Shown here: positions 10,698-19,859 of the stretch, one piece after another
Position numbering within the stretch: position 1 is the stretch's first letter
Layout: every line of letters starts with the position of its first letter
Virus record (IMG/VR): IMGVR_UViG_3300049491_000955
Span: 1 to 64,000 of that record
DNA from: a virus
DNA: 64,000 bases
Reading direction: 5' to 3' (one strand)
Translations under genes and position numbers: made by a program
Notes under the pieces: generated by a model
What the model saw: the letters and a program-made list of their open reading frames with translations, nothing else
Told to the model about the DNA's origin: nothing
Database searches by the model: none

Positions 10698-11335
10698 AAG
10701 ACGTATCCACAGCATTCAACTGGAATAAATCCAGCCAACGTTACCACTACGCTAACGGCGCAAGCAAAGGACAATTTGTTGGAGACAAAAAAGTTAAGGA
10801 ATTAGTCGTTGCCGCGATCGCCCAACAAGCTGACTTAGGCAAAACGCTAACCAATCGAATGCTAAAAAAAGAAATTTCCGTTGCTGACTGGGAGTCTGGT
10901 ACAGCCCAAATATTAAGAAATCTATCTGTCTATCAATATGCTGTTGGAGTTGGCGGCGCAAAACAAATGGATTGGAAAGACCAATCACTAATTTCTGGAC
11001 AGCTTAACTTTCAACTTCAAAAGCTACGCGGCTTTTCCAACGAAATCTTGCGCGGCGAACTTACTGAAAAACAGATCCGAGCCAGAATTCAACTTTATTA
11101 CAACAAGACTCGTGGACTTTATGAGCTTGGCCGCCAACAAGGACATCGACGCAATGGTTACTTGTGGGAACGTCGTGTACTTAGCAATGTAGAAAATTGC
11201 GCTGAGTGCATCACTTACGCTAATACTGGCTGGGTTACTATTGGAACTCTTCCCAATATAGGCGATCGCTGTTCCTGCAAAGCTAACTGCAAATGTAGCT
11301 TTTATTACTCAAATAGTTTAAACAGACCTAAGTAA
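10691..11335 (+). CDS. Head morphogenesis / minor capsid (gpF-like) protein; open frame from 10679, first ATG at 10859, probably entered by -1 frameshift from the portal
   Basis: WERRVL...ENCAEC...GW...LP.IGDRCSCKANCKC motif; an upstream in-frame segment FNWNKSSQRYHY...KGQFV has no start codon. Confidence 0.75.
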   Translation, partial: KVKDVSTAFNWNKSSQRYHYANGASKGQFVGDKKVKELVVAAIAQQADLGKTLTNRMLKKEISVADWESGTAQILRNLSVYQYAVGVGGAKQMDWKDQSLISGQLNFQLQKLRGFSNEILRGELTEKQIRARIQLYYNKTRGLYELGRQQGHRRNGYLWERRVLSNVENCAECITYANTGWVTIGTLPNIGDRCSCKANCKCSFYYSNSLNRPK

Positions 11336-11620
11336 CAAAAATAGCAGCTATCTTTTTAGACGGCTGCTATTAGCAAAAACTCTATTGATAGGACACCACG
11401 ACGGGTGTACTTTTTTAGCTTATCACATTTGAAACTACGGCGATCGCACAATCTTCACACTGAAATTCTGTTTTTCTTAGTGACAGAGTATATTGGCGTG
11501 CTATCATCTATCAATGCAGCAAGCGGCTCTGGACAAGCCGCTGGTATCAACTGCACATTGCTGTTTATCAGACAGCAACTAGCCCACAACTCAAACATTA
11601 CTTGAATCGGAGCTATTGTC

Positions 11621-12520
11621 ATGTTAACACAAGGCTATATTTTTAGTGCGTTTCAGGCTGAAAGCGCTGGTAATCAGTTTCCTTTGAGCTTTGATGAAGC
11701 TTGGGAAAAAGCAGGATATGCGAGAAAAGATAACGCTAAAAAAGTTCTAGTTATTGAGCTTGTTGAGAATGAAGACTACACGATTTTAACAGATTCCGCA
11801 CTTTTAAGGGATCTGACAACCACAGGGTTCTTTGAAAGTTTTTCAAGCGTTCCAGCTTATTTGTCAAAAAATCAAATTTTAGCGCTTATTGAGAATGAAA
11901 CTTTTCTAGATCTACTTTCTCCTCAAGAAAAAGCTGTTATTGCTAGGACAGAAATAATCAAGCTTTCTACTGATGGTTTTGATCATTTTTGCATGATGGC
12001 TCGGACGGAGAAGGGTCGGGAAACTAGAAAGCAATTTATTGCTTTCAAAAAACAATATATTGCTAATCTTGATCGTTCGTTGCTTTTGGAAGCCGATCCA
12101 AGGCTTGCAGAGTCTGAACAACTAATAGCCAAGCTCAATCAGCAAATCCAACAACTAGAATCCCAACTTACCAAAGCAACCTCCAACCACCTAGAGTTCA
12201 CCTACTCTGTTGCTCATCTTCACAGTGTCTCCGGCATATCCAACAAATCTCAAGTCAAAAAGGCAGTTATCAGCGAGTTTGAAGAAGGAAAGCACTACGT
12301 TTTTGTGGACAAAGAAGTTTTCGTAAATCAATCGACATTTGATATTTTGGTCATGTCCTTTAGATCCATTAAAGGAACTGACCTCAGTCGCTTGCCTGAA
12401 TTCATTCGCATTAATACCAAAGAATACTTTTTGTATCAAGAAAAGAAGCGGAAGAACAGTCGATTAGGACAGCGAAAATATCAAGCTCCAGAAGGACAGC
12501 AAAGTTTGTTTGAAATGTAA
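11621..12520 (+). CDS. Antirepressor-like DNA-binding protein (AntA/KilA-like family) with coiled coil
   Basis: FPLSFDEAWEKAGYARKDNAK...ENEDY...LSTDGFDHFCMMARTEKGRETRKQFI. Confidence 0.7.
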   Translation: MLTQGYIFSAFQAESAGNQFPLSFDEAWEKAGYARKDNAKKVLVIELVENEDYTILTDSALLRDLTTTGFFESFSSVPAYLSKNQILALIENETFLDLLSPQEKAVIARTEIIKLSTDGFDHFCMMARTEKGRETRKQFIAFKKQYIANLDRSLLLEADPRLAESEQLIAKLNQQIQQLESQLTKATSNHLEFTYSVAHLHSVSGISNKSQVKKAVISEFEEGKHYVFVDKEVFVNQSTFDILVMSFRSIKGTDLSRLPEFIRINTKEYFLYQEKKRKNSRLGQRKYQAPEGQQSLFEM

Positions 12521-12525
12521 ATATA

Positions 12526-12554
12526 AGAAAGCCCGGCTAATCGCCGGGTTTTTG
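12526..12554 (+). terminator. Intrinsic terminator
   Basis: CCCGGCtaatcGCCGGG followed by a T-run. Confidence 0.7.
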
Positions 12555-12575
12555 TTAGTCCTTGCACCTAAATAT

Positions 12576-12833
12576 ATGCCAAGAAAAAAGAAAGTTCAAT
12601 CTGTAGAAAATGCGCCAGTGTACGGGGTTGGAACTCAATACACTGGCGCAGTTCATATAAATTTGAGTTGGGAAGAGGCGATCGCACTTGTTGATGCACT
12701 AATGGATTCAGAAGACTGGGAGATGTCTCAGCACAAGGACGATCTTCTTTTGGTTTGCGAAATGTTTCAAAACTCTAACTCTTGGCGCGGAATTCCCTTG
12801 CTCTGTCGCAAGCTAGTAATTAGTAATAATTAG
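12576..12833 (+). CDS. Hypothetical protein
   Basis: ORF from ATG at 12576 (MPRKKK...). Confidence 0.55.
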   Translation: MPRKKKVQSVENAPVYGVGTQYTGAVHINLSWEEAIALVDALMDSEDWEMSQHKDDLLLVCEMFQNSNSWRGIPLLCRKLVISNN

Positions 12834-13622
12834 TTCTTTTACTGGATCTCTTCCATCTGCTTTGCAGTTAATACTTCTAGGGGCTGATATTCTTCTGATG
12901 TTTAGCCCCACGTATAAGCTATTTATTAAAGGAGTGTTGGCGTTAGACATCATAAATTTTGCACCAAGCCTATCTAATCTTTGGCAATACTTGGACAATC
13001 GCTTTTGTTGTTCCGTATTAAATCCTTCACTCGTGTATCCGGTATACACGTTATCATAAGGAGGATCCAGATAAATGAAGCTGTCTTTGCTCATCCAGCC
13101 ATATGTAGTCTCGAAATCAGCCTCTAAAGCAACTGCGTTTTTCAATACCTTAGATACTGACCTTAAATTCTCCGCATCACAAATTATAGGATTTTCATAC
13201 TTTCCCATTGGTACGTTGAATTCTCCCGCTCTGTTGACTCGATACAACCCGTTAAAACACGTTTTATTTAGATAAATAAAAGCGGCTGTCGTGGGATACT
13301 CATTGTACTTTCTTCTTGTTTCCAAATACCAATCCAACGAATGATATTTTTCGTATTCTTTCAACTCATCTATTAGATTCTCCACATCCGTCTTTATCCT
13401 TCTGTAAGCATTCGTCAGTACTCCGTTAGCATCCGATAAAACTGCTCGCTTTATTCTTTCTTGAAGCCCGAAATATACCCCACCTCCTCCTAAAAATGGC
13501 TCATAATAATACTCTATTTTTTCTGGTATATACTCCAAATAATGTTTCAGTAATTTTCCCTTTCCTCCCGCCCACTTGATAAATGGTTTTGCCTTGATTC
13601 TTTCTTTTTTTATTGCTATCAT
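12813..13622 (-). CDS. dam: Dam-family (D12 class) DNA adenine methyltransferase
   Basis: KPFIKWAGGK, YEPFLGGG, YLNKTCFNGLYRVN..GEFNVPMG, YLDPPY, ELIITNY. Confidence 0.93.
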   Translation of the reverse strand: MIAIKKERIKAKPFIKWAGGKGKLLKHYLEYIPEKIEYYYEPFLGGGGVYFGLQERIKRAVLSDANGVLTNAYRRIKTDVENLIDELKEYEKYHSLDWYLETRRKYNEYPTTAAFIYLNKTCFNGLYRVNRAGEFNVPMGKYENPIICDAENLRSVSKVLKNAVALEADFETTYGWMSKDSFIYLDPPYDNVYTGYTSEGFNTEQQKRLSKYCQRLDRLGAKFMMSNANTPLINSLYVGLNIRRISAPRSINCKADGRDPVKELIITNY

Positions 13623-13931
13623 TCTCTTGTCTGTATTGGATTTTTACAGTGTACCACAATCGTCTTGCCAATAGCAATCCCATTAATCACTCTACTAGTG
13701 ATGCAAATAGCATATCCAATAGCAACTCAACTAGTAACTCAAAAAGAAACTCTAATAGAGTGTCCATTAACTCTACCAATAGTAACATGCTTGCCATACT
13801 TGATCTATACGACTCCTATGGTTCTTTGGTTTGCGACTGGCCTCTTTGGGAAGAACTAGACAACTTGATACAAGAGCATTGGATAGCCTATGCTAACTTA
13901 TTAATAAATACCAAGGTAAAGTAAAAAGTTA

Positions 13932-14537
13932 ATGACTGGTAGAAGTAGACTTCATGATTGGGGATTGAACGACAAACAGCGATTGTTTGCCGAGGAATAT
14001 AATGTAGATCAAATGGGATATGCAGCCGCAAAAAGAGCAGGCTATTCAGGCACTCAAGCAAGCCTAGAAACAACTTCCTCTAAGCTCTTAAGGAATCCCA
14101 AAGTAGCTGCATATCTCAAATATCTACAAGATAATCGAAGCGTAGAAACGGGCATTACAGCAGAAAGAGTCTTGACTGAATTTGCTCGGCTAGGCTTTTC
14201 AAACATCACAAATGTACTGTCTTTCAACGAAGAAGGAGTTGCAGTCAAAGACAGCGACACTTTGACGCCTGACATCACTGCAAGTATCTCTAGCTTTACT
14301 TGCAATACTACTGTCAAACCTGATGGCAGTACCTTCACCACCATGAAGCTTTCTCTTTACGATAAGACCAAAGCTCTCAATGATTTAGGTAAGCACTTAG
14401 GCTTGTTCAGCGACTTCAATATGGCGATCGCTGCTTTGGAAAAGTATGGGCTGACAGTCTTTACTGATGACAATGGAGACTGGAAAGTTGTTGACCAAAA
14501 TGATCCGAAGACTAGAAACAAAATAAAGGAAGGTTAG
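13932..14537 (+). CDS. terS: Terminase small subunit
   Basis: LNDKQRLFAEEY..D...AAKRAGYS...LLRNPKV...ITAERVL.E..LGFS...KL.DK.KAL..LGKHLGLF. Confidence 0.93.
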   Translation: MTGRSRLHDWGLNDKQRLFAEEYNVDQMGYAAAKRAGYSGTQASLETTSSKLLRNPKVAAYLKYLQDNRSVETGITAERVLTEFARLGFSNITNVLSFNEEGVAVKDSDTLTPDITASISSFTCNTTVKPDGSTFTTMKLSLYDKTKALNDLGKHLGLFSDFNMAIAALEKYGLTVFTDDNGDWKVVDQNDPKTRNKIKEG

Positions 14538-14550
14538 TCTGGTCTTACCT

Positions 14551-16032
14551 TTGCCTAAAAGATTAACTAAATCTAATCACAAGATTAGACAGGAAGCAAT
14601 TTCAGTCGTAACTGAAATTGTAGAAGATTACAAACTTCCAGACCCACAACCTGGTGCTCAAACTCTTTTTTATAATCATACCGCAAGTATAATTTTATAC
14701 GGAGGAAGCGCAGGTAGCGGGAAATCGGCTTGCGTGTTACTTAAAGCTGCAAAACATATTGATGTTCCTGGCTACGGCGCGGTAATCTTTCGCCGAACTT
14801 CTCCCGAAATAACTAACGAAGGTGGCTTATGGGATGAGTCGAGGAAATTTTACAAAGGAATTAAAGGAGCCGAATCACGAGAGTATAAATTAGATTGGCT
14901 TTTTTCTGCTGGCAGTGCAATTAGTTTTGGTCATGCTCAGTATGAGAAAGATGTAGAGAATAAATACCCCGGCGCACAAATTTGCTTTCTCGCATTTGAT
15001 GAGCTTGTAAAATTCACCGAAAGACAATTCTGGTTCCTCTTTAGCAGAAACAGAACGACTTGCGGCGTCACTCCCCAAATTGTTGCCACGTGCAATCCTG
15101 ATGCTGATTCCTGGGTGGCAGAACTAATTGCTTGGTGGATTGATCAGGATACTGGCTATCCAATTCCAGAAAGGTCTGGAGTAGTTCGATATTTCTATAG
15201 AATTCAAAGCGTCATGCATTGGGCTGATACTGCCGAGGAATTAGAATTAGCTTTCCCTGAAATGAGTGCGATCGCTCCTCCCAAAAGTTTTACTTTTATC
15301 GCTGCAACTATTGAAGATAACCAAATACTTTTACAAACTAATCCTCAATACAAAAGCAATCTTCTTTCTCTTCATCCTGTTGAAATGGAAAGACTATTAA
15401 AAGGTAATTGGAAAATTAAGTTTCAAGCTGGCACTATATTTAATAGAAATTGGTTTGAAATTGTTTGGGGACTACCCGAAAAGAAACATGGAACTACTGT
15501 TGCCTTTTGGGACTTCGCCGCTACCAGTAAGGAATATGCTACAAGTCAATCCTTTTACAGTGCAAGAGTTAAGATAACTTTAATAGATGATGTTTTTTAT
15601 ATTATTGATTGTCATTGGGAACAAGTCGGAGCCGATGATGGAGATGATTCGGTTCTCATGTTCGCTCATCAAGATGGGAAATATTGCAAGGTGAGGTGGG
15701 AATTGGAAGGAGGTAGCGCAGGTAAAAAATATGAATCTCAATTGAAGAAAGTTCTTTCAGGTTTTAACGCTTCTGGTGTCAAGCCATTAGGCGATAAAGT
15801 TACTCGTGCCTTACCTTTAGCTAGAAGTGCAAAACAAGGAAAAGTTAAACTTTTGAGAGCCAGTTGGAATGATCAGTTCTTAGCAGCAGTTAATCAATTT
15901 GATGGCACTAAAAAACCATTAATTAATGATATTGTAGATGCAGCCGATGGAGCTTACGCCGAACTTGCTCAGAATAATAGAACAAGAACTGCGATCGCCC
16001 CAGGCGGTAAAATCCAAAATCCTTTCAAATAA
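14551..16032 (+). CDS. terL: Terminase large subunit
   Basis: YGGSAGSGKS (Walker A), AFDEL (Walker B), TCNP, WDFAAT, DIVDA nuclease motif. Confidence 0.95.
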   Translation: MPKRLTKSNHKIRQEAISVVTEIVEDYKLPDPQPGAQTLFYNHTASIILYGGSAGSGKSACVLLKAAKHIDVPGYGAVIFRRTSPEITNEGGLWDESRKFYKGIKGAESREYKLDWLFSAGSAISFGHAQYEKDVENKYPGAQICFLAFDELVKFTERQFWFLFSRNRTTCGVTPQIVATCNPDADSWVAELIAWWIDQDTGYPIPERSGVVRYFYRIQSVMHWADTAEELELAFPEMSAIAPPKSFTFIAATIEDNQILLQTNPQYKSNLLSLHPVEMERLLKGNWKIKFQAGTIFNRNWFEIVWGLPEKKHGTTVAFWDFAATSKEYATSQSFYSARVKITLIDDVFYIIDCHWEQVGADDGDDSVLMFAHQDGKYCKVRWELEGGSAGKKYESQLKKVLSGFNASGVKPLGDKVTRALPLARSAKQGKVKLLRASWNDQFLAAVNQFDGTKKPLINDIVDAADGAYAELAQNNRTRTAIAPGGKIQNPFK

Positions 16033-16044
16033 ATCATCATTTTT

Positions 16045-16470
16045 ATGGCACTAGATTTACATTCCGTCAGTTCCTCCCTTCAAGCCCAAAGAGATCAGCT
16101 TAGTATTATTTCCGAAGGTCTTATCAGACTTCGCCAAAAACTAGCCGCCTCTACTATTATCACTATTGAAGATCTAGAGTCCATTGATAGCACTCGCGCT
16201 ACTATTACTGGCGTTAGTGGATATCTTGAAAGCACTGCTGCCGCTTTTGAAGAAGAACACAACAAAAAAGCCCTCGCTGATTTTGTTGCTTCCACTCCTA
16301 CTGAAGAAGAACCAGCAGAAACTTCTGAAGAAGTAGTTGTGACTGAAGAACCCACAGAAGAACCAGTTGAACAAGAACCAGTTGAAGAAGTAACTGAAGA
16401 AGTAACTGAAGAAGTAACTGAAGAAGAATCTGAAGTTATTGAGCCTGAAGAACCTGTTCAACCTGAATAG
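16045..16470 (+). CDS. Hypothetical protein: coiled-coil N-terminus and very acidic E/P/V/T low-complexity tail
   Basis: ORF directly after terL. Confidence 0.75.
   Translation: MALDLHSVSSSLQAQRDQLSIISEGLIRLRQKLAASTIITIEDLESIDSTRATITGVSGYLESTAAAFEEEHNKKALADFVASTPTEEEPAETSEEVVVTEEPTEEPVEQEPVEEVTEEVTEEVTEEESEVIEPEEPVQPE
16384..16426 (+). repeat. 12-bp tandem repeat GAAGAAGTAACT x3.5 (EEVT)
   Basis: Seen directly in the sequence. Confidence 0.9.
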
Positions 16471-16520
16471 ATACTCTGTTGTATAATGAGACAGTTCTCC
16501 CTCTAATCTTTCAGGAATTA

Positions 16521-16552
16521 ACTCGCCTAATCTACTAGGCGAGTTTTATTTT
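16521..16552 (+). terminator. Intrinsic terminator
   Basis: ACTCGCCTAatctacTAGGCGAGT followed by tttattt. Confidence 0.7.
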
Positions 16553-16687
16553 GTTGTCAAAAAGAAATTCACTCTGCTATACTAGTTCACGGTGTTCCGT
16601 TCTGCACGACGGACTTTTCTGCCTAGTCAGTGATAATATAAAAGGAAATTCACTGGAAGAGATTTCCTTTTATTCTGACTAACCTTA

Positions 16688-16888
16688 ATGCAAGATTCTA
16701 ACAATCAAAAAATTACCGAAGTTTCTTTTGAAGTTACAGGCGATCGCTTGCCCGAATTAATCCTCGTCATTCGCAGAGGCTTAGCCGTTTCTGATCGACA
16801 AGGTGGTATCTCCGTTCAATTTTCCAAGAAACTCAAAAAATGGTGCTCTGAGCAAGAAGATATACAGGAAAACTATCCCGACTGGTAA
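16688..16888 (+). CDS. Hypothetical protein
   Basis: ORF track; contains an in-frame HIP1 site (GDR). Confidence 0.55.
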   Translation: MQDSNNQKITEVSFEVTGDRLPELILVIRRGLAVSDRQGGISVQFSKKLKKWCSEQEDIQENYPDW

Positions 16889-16948
16889 CCATAATCTCAT
16901 CTCTATACTATTTTCTATTTATCCTTTTAAAATTTATTACCTAAAGTA

Positions 16949-16977
16949 TTGCTTTTGGAGGTACGATAGGGTATATT
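16949..16977 (+). promoter_or_regulatory. Sigma70-type promoter
   Basis: TTGCTT-17 nt-TATATT upstream of a GAGGGG RBS and ORF 17008. Confidence 0.55.
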
Positions 16978-17007
16978 AAAGAAGTAGAGAAACAAGAGGG
17001 ATTTCAA

Positions 17008-17541
17008 ATGACACGAAAAGAATTGGTTGCTCAAATAAAAGAACTGCGAATTGAATTGGAAGCTAAAAACATAGACTTTCCTTCTATTCATTTGGGTAGA
17101 GCGACAAATATTGAAATTGAAAAATGGATTACTCAAGCTTCTTTTACTTTTGAAAATTTTCAAGCAGACGCTCCTCACATTGAATTTCAGCACGAAGTTG
17201 ATAGTCGATCGATAGAAGTAACTATGAAAAACGAAGTTAAAGAATACAACATTACTCCTCAAGAGCTTCAAGAGTACTGGAAAGAAACTTTGAAAGCTCC
17301 TTTTAAACTTAAGCAAAAAGTTAAAGTCAACTTGTTGCCAAAGTCTTACGAAAAATCTGTCTGTCGTATTGCCGCTGACTGGGGAATGCTAATTCGTCCA
17401 GCATTATCACAACAATTTATGTGTTTTGATTTGTATGCAGGCGATCGCATCTTCTGCCACGGCACTCTCTCTACTATTCGCTATTACATCAACTATCACT
17501 CTGGCTCTACCTGTATGGTTGATTTCTCTACACACAAATAA
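17008..17541 (+). CDS. Hypothetical protein
   Basis: ORF with promoter and RBS. Confidence 0.7.
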   Translation: MTRKELVAQIKELRIELEAKNIDFPSIHLGRATNIEIEKWITQASFTFENFQADAPHIEFQHEVDSRSIEVTMKNEVKEYNITPQELQEYWKETLKAPFKLKQKVKVNLLPKSYEKSVCRIAADWGMLIRPALSQQFMCFDLYAGDRIFCHGTLSTIRYYINYHSGSTCMVDFSTHK

Positions 17542-17586
17542 TCTTTTTGGCGGAGAAATCCGCCACCCAAGCTGTAAACATGTAAA

Positions 17587-17931
17587 ATGCGTAAAGATCT
17601 TAAAACCCTTAACGAACAAAGAATAAGATTTAAAGCCACCGTTGAACGGTTCGGCAAAAAGACTAATTATCACGGGTTCCCCGAATCGACCATACTATTT
17701 ACTTGTGTCTCTCGTGTAGATACAGGCAAGCAAGTTACAGATCATATCTGGTTTACTGTTGGCAAAACGATTCAAGCCTTAAACTTAAAACCTGGGGATG
17801 TCGTAGAATTTGATGCTCGTGTAGGTGACTACGTAAAAGGATATGTTAATTACCGTGAATACATAGATGAGCGAATAATAGACTACAAACTTAATCGTCC
17901 TACTCGTTTTGTAAAAATTGCAGTAGTTTAA
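17587..17931 (+). CDS. Conserved phage hypothetical protein (OB-fold-like)
   Basis: F.ATVERFG.K...TDHIWF...LKPGDVVEFDARV..Y.KGY...DYKL.RPT. Confidence 0.75.
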   Translation: MRKDLKTLNEQRIRFKATVERFGKKTNYHGFPESTILFTCVSRVDTGKQVTDHIWFTVGKTIQALNLKPGDVVEFDARVGDYVKGYVNYREYIDERIIDYKLNRPTRFVKIAVV

Positions 17932-17962
17932 TTGTGTTGCTACCTCTGCGTACATACTTTAA

Positions 17963-18160
17963 ATGGTAAACACAAAAAATAAAATGAACAACAAACCTTT
18001 GCGACTTAAAAGTATCATTTGGCTCGAAAGAATTATCACAATTCTTGCAATCATTAACGGACTTCTTGTCTTTAATCTTGTTAATCAACTACTTGGATTC
18101 GCAATGATCTCTGTAGCTATCTCTGCATACCTACTTTGGATGTCTGCACATAAAAAATGA
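17963..18160 (+). CDS. Small two-TM membrane protein
   Basis: Two hydrophobic segments. Confidence 0.6.
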   Translation: MVNTKNKMNNKPLRLKSIIWLERIITILAIINGLLVFNLVNQLLGFAMISVAISAYLLWMSAHKK

Positions 18161-18303
18161 AAAAGTTCAATCTAACCTACAAAGAGTGGCGCTTTATTAT
18201 TCTTTTAGCTGCCACCCTTTTTCTTATCTTCTTTGTTAATGACGTACTTGCTTTTATTTTTTCTCTAGGATGTATGGTAATTAATCTCACGGTTGACCAA
18301 TAA
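18157..18303 (+). CDS. Small two-TM membrane protein (48 aa, absent from the ORF track)
   Basis: ATGA overlap with the previous stop; MKKFNLTYKEWRFIILLAATLFLIFFVNDVLAFIFSLGCMVINLTVDQ. Confidence 0.55.
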   Translation: MKKFNLTYKEWRFIILLAATLFLIFFVNDVLAFIFSLGCMVINLTVDQ

Positions 18304-18304
18304 G

Positions 18305-18338
18305 CCAAAAAGCCTCTGAGTTATTCAGAGGCTTTTTC
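18305..18338. terminator. Bidirectional terminator
   Basis: aaaaAGCCTCTGAgttatTCAGAGGCTtttt between convergent genes. Confidence 0.8.
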
Positions 18339-18353
18339 TGTCAATCTGTTAGT

Positions 18354-18899
18354 CTAACAACCGACTTGAACGCCAGAAGTCAGTCGATTATTTTGGCGCA
18401 TCCGCTTCTCCCAACCTGAACTTCCATATTTGAATCGCGCGATCGTCGCTCTAGCTTCATCTAGTTTGAGGCTAGTAACGTTTAAATCGCCTACTAGCTG
18501 GACATTCTCTTGCTCTAAATGTTGTATATAAGCGCTTGCACTAGCCAGAGTTGCTTTATCGGTTTTTGCAAAAGCGTAACCCTGGCTTTTCAGCTTTGGG
18601 AGCAAATCGCGTTTTAACCAACGTTTAAATTTTTGTGCTGACTCTGACTTTGAAGCAAGAATTAATCCCCATACACCATACTCAGACACAAACCAAACTG
18701 GACTTTTTAGTCCAATGTCAACCAAAGCTCTCTCATCCTCTTCTGTATTGGCAGGAATCGTCAAAGAAGGATTAGAAAATTCTAAAACCTTACAAAGGTG
18801 AGAGCCTTGATGCCAGGTCAGTCCTTGTTCATCAACAAAAGATTTTATTTTTGTTTCTGAAAACTGACTCAATACAATTTCTATTTCATTTGAAGTCAT
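18354..18899 (-). CDS. Bro-N domain antirepressor-like protein
   Basis: LCKVLEFSN...FVSEYGVWGLILASK..AQKFKRWL..DLLPKL. Confidence 0.88.
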   Translation of the reverse strand: MTSNEIEIVLSQFSETKIKSFVDEQGLTWHQGSHLCKVLEFSNPSLTIPANTEEDERALVDIGLKSPVWFVSEYGVWGLILASKSESAQKFKRWLKRDLLPKLKSQGYAFAKTDKATLASASAYIQHLEQENVQLVGDLNVTSLKLDEARATIARFKYGSSGWEKRMRQNNRLTSGVQVGC

Positions 18900-19001
18900 T
18901 TTTCCCTACTCCGTAGTCCTATGTTTACATAGTATACCATAGGATGTCCTATGTAAACATAGTACTGAGATTTTTTTTAATTCGTGACAGACTTGTTTGG
19001 A

Positions 19002-19556
19002 TTAACAGCCAACTTGAACGCCAGAAGTCAGTCGATTATTTTGGCGCATCGTGCGATCGCCCCTATCCTGCGGTTCGTAACGCCGTAATCTGGATCTGAG
19101 TCTGTTGCATTCCAACTGCAATCCATTGAAGTCCGATTCCAAGTACATTTTGTCTTCCACCAGATCCTCGCGTTGCTTGCACAGCCTCACAACTTCTGCC
19201 TGCAACTGTTCAACCGTGGCGTTCGGCATCACGTATACACCACGGCTTCTCAACTTTGGGAGGACTTCCTCTGTCAACCAGTCTTGAAAATCTACCGCTA
19301 TTGGAGCTTTAGAACGCAAAAGCAAACGATAAACGCCAGATTCTGACACATAGTTAGACGGTCTTCCTTTACCTAGCTGAAATTCTCTGTACTGATGCTG
19401 CTTGCAATGTTGCGTTATTGCTTCAAAAGCATTAGAAAATTTCAATACCTTGCAAACTTCTGACGCTCTAAACCAGTACCTCAAATGATCTGGCTCATTT
19501 GGGAGTTCAATAAAAACTATTTTTTTGTTTTCAAACAATTCGGCTAACTGATGCAT
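19002..19556 (-). CDS. Bro-N domain antirepressor-like protein
   Basis: WFRASEVCKVL...YVSESGVYRLLLRSKAP.A..FQDWLTEEVLPKLR. Confidence 0.9.
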   Translation of the reverse strand: MHQLAELFENKKIVFIELPNEPDHLRYWFRASEVCKVLKFSNAFEAITQHCKQHQYREFQLGKGRPSNYVSESGVYRLLLRSKAPIAVDFQDWLTEEVLPKLRSRGVYVMPNATVEQLQAEVVRLCKQREDLVEDKMYLESDFNGLQLECNRLRSRLRRYEPQDRGDRTMRQNNRLTSGVQVGC

Positions 19557-19859
19557 GATTCTTTTACTAGAAAATCCTATTTAATAGATACTATAGATTT
19601 TTCTATTAAATGTCAAACAGCCAAAGTTTACCGATTTAATGGGTTTAACTCGTTTAGCGATATTTTTCGGTAAAGTCAATACTTTGCGCCACAAGTCGCA
19701 GAAATGCACTCGCTATCTTTCTAGGCTTCAAAAGCATCGAACTACCTTTTAGCCAACAGACCCACCTTCCTGCCCTTCCTAGCCATCGACTGGCAGAAGT
19801 TTGCCGCTTTCCTGTAAAAGACAATGCCAACTATGCGATCGCCTTTATCCTAATTTCTC

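Noticed and set aside
17963-18303. Holin pair
   Set aside because: Small TM proteins, but no adjacent endolysin or spanin, so they were left as generic membrane proteins.
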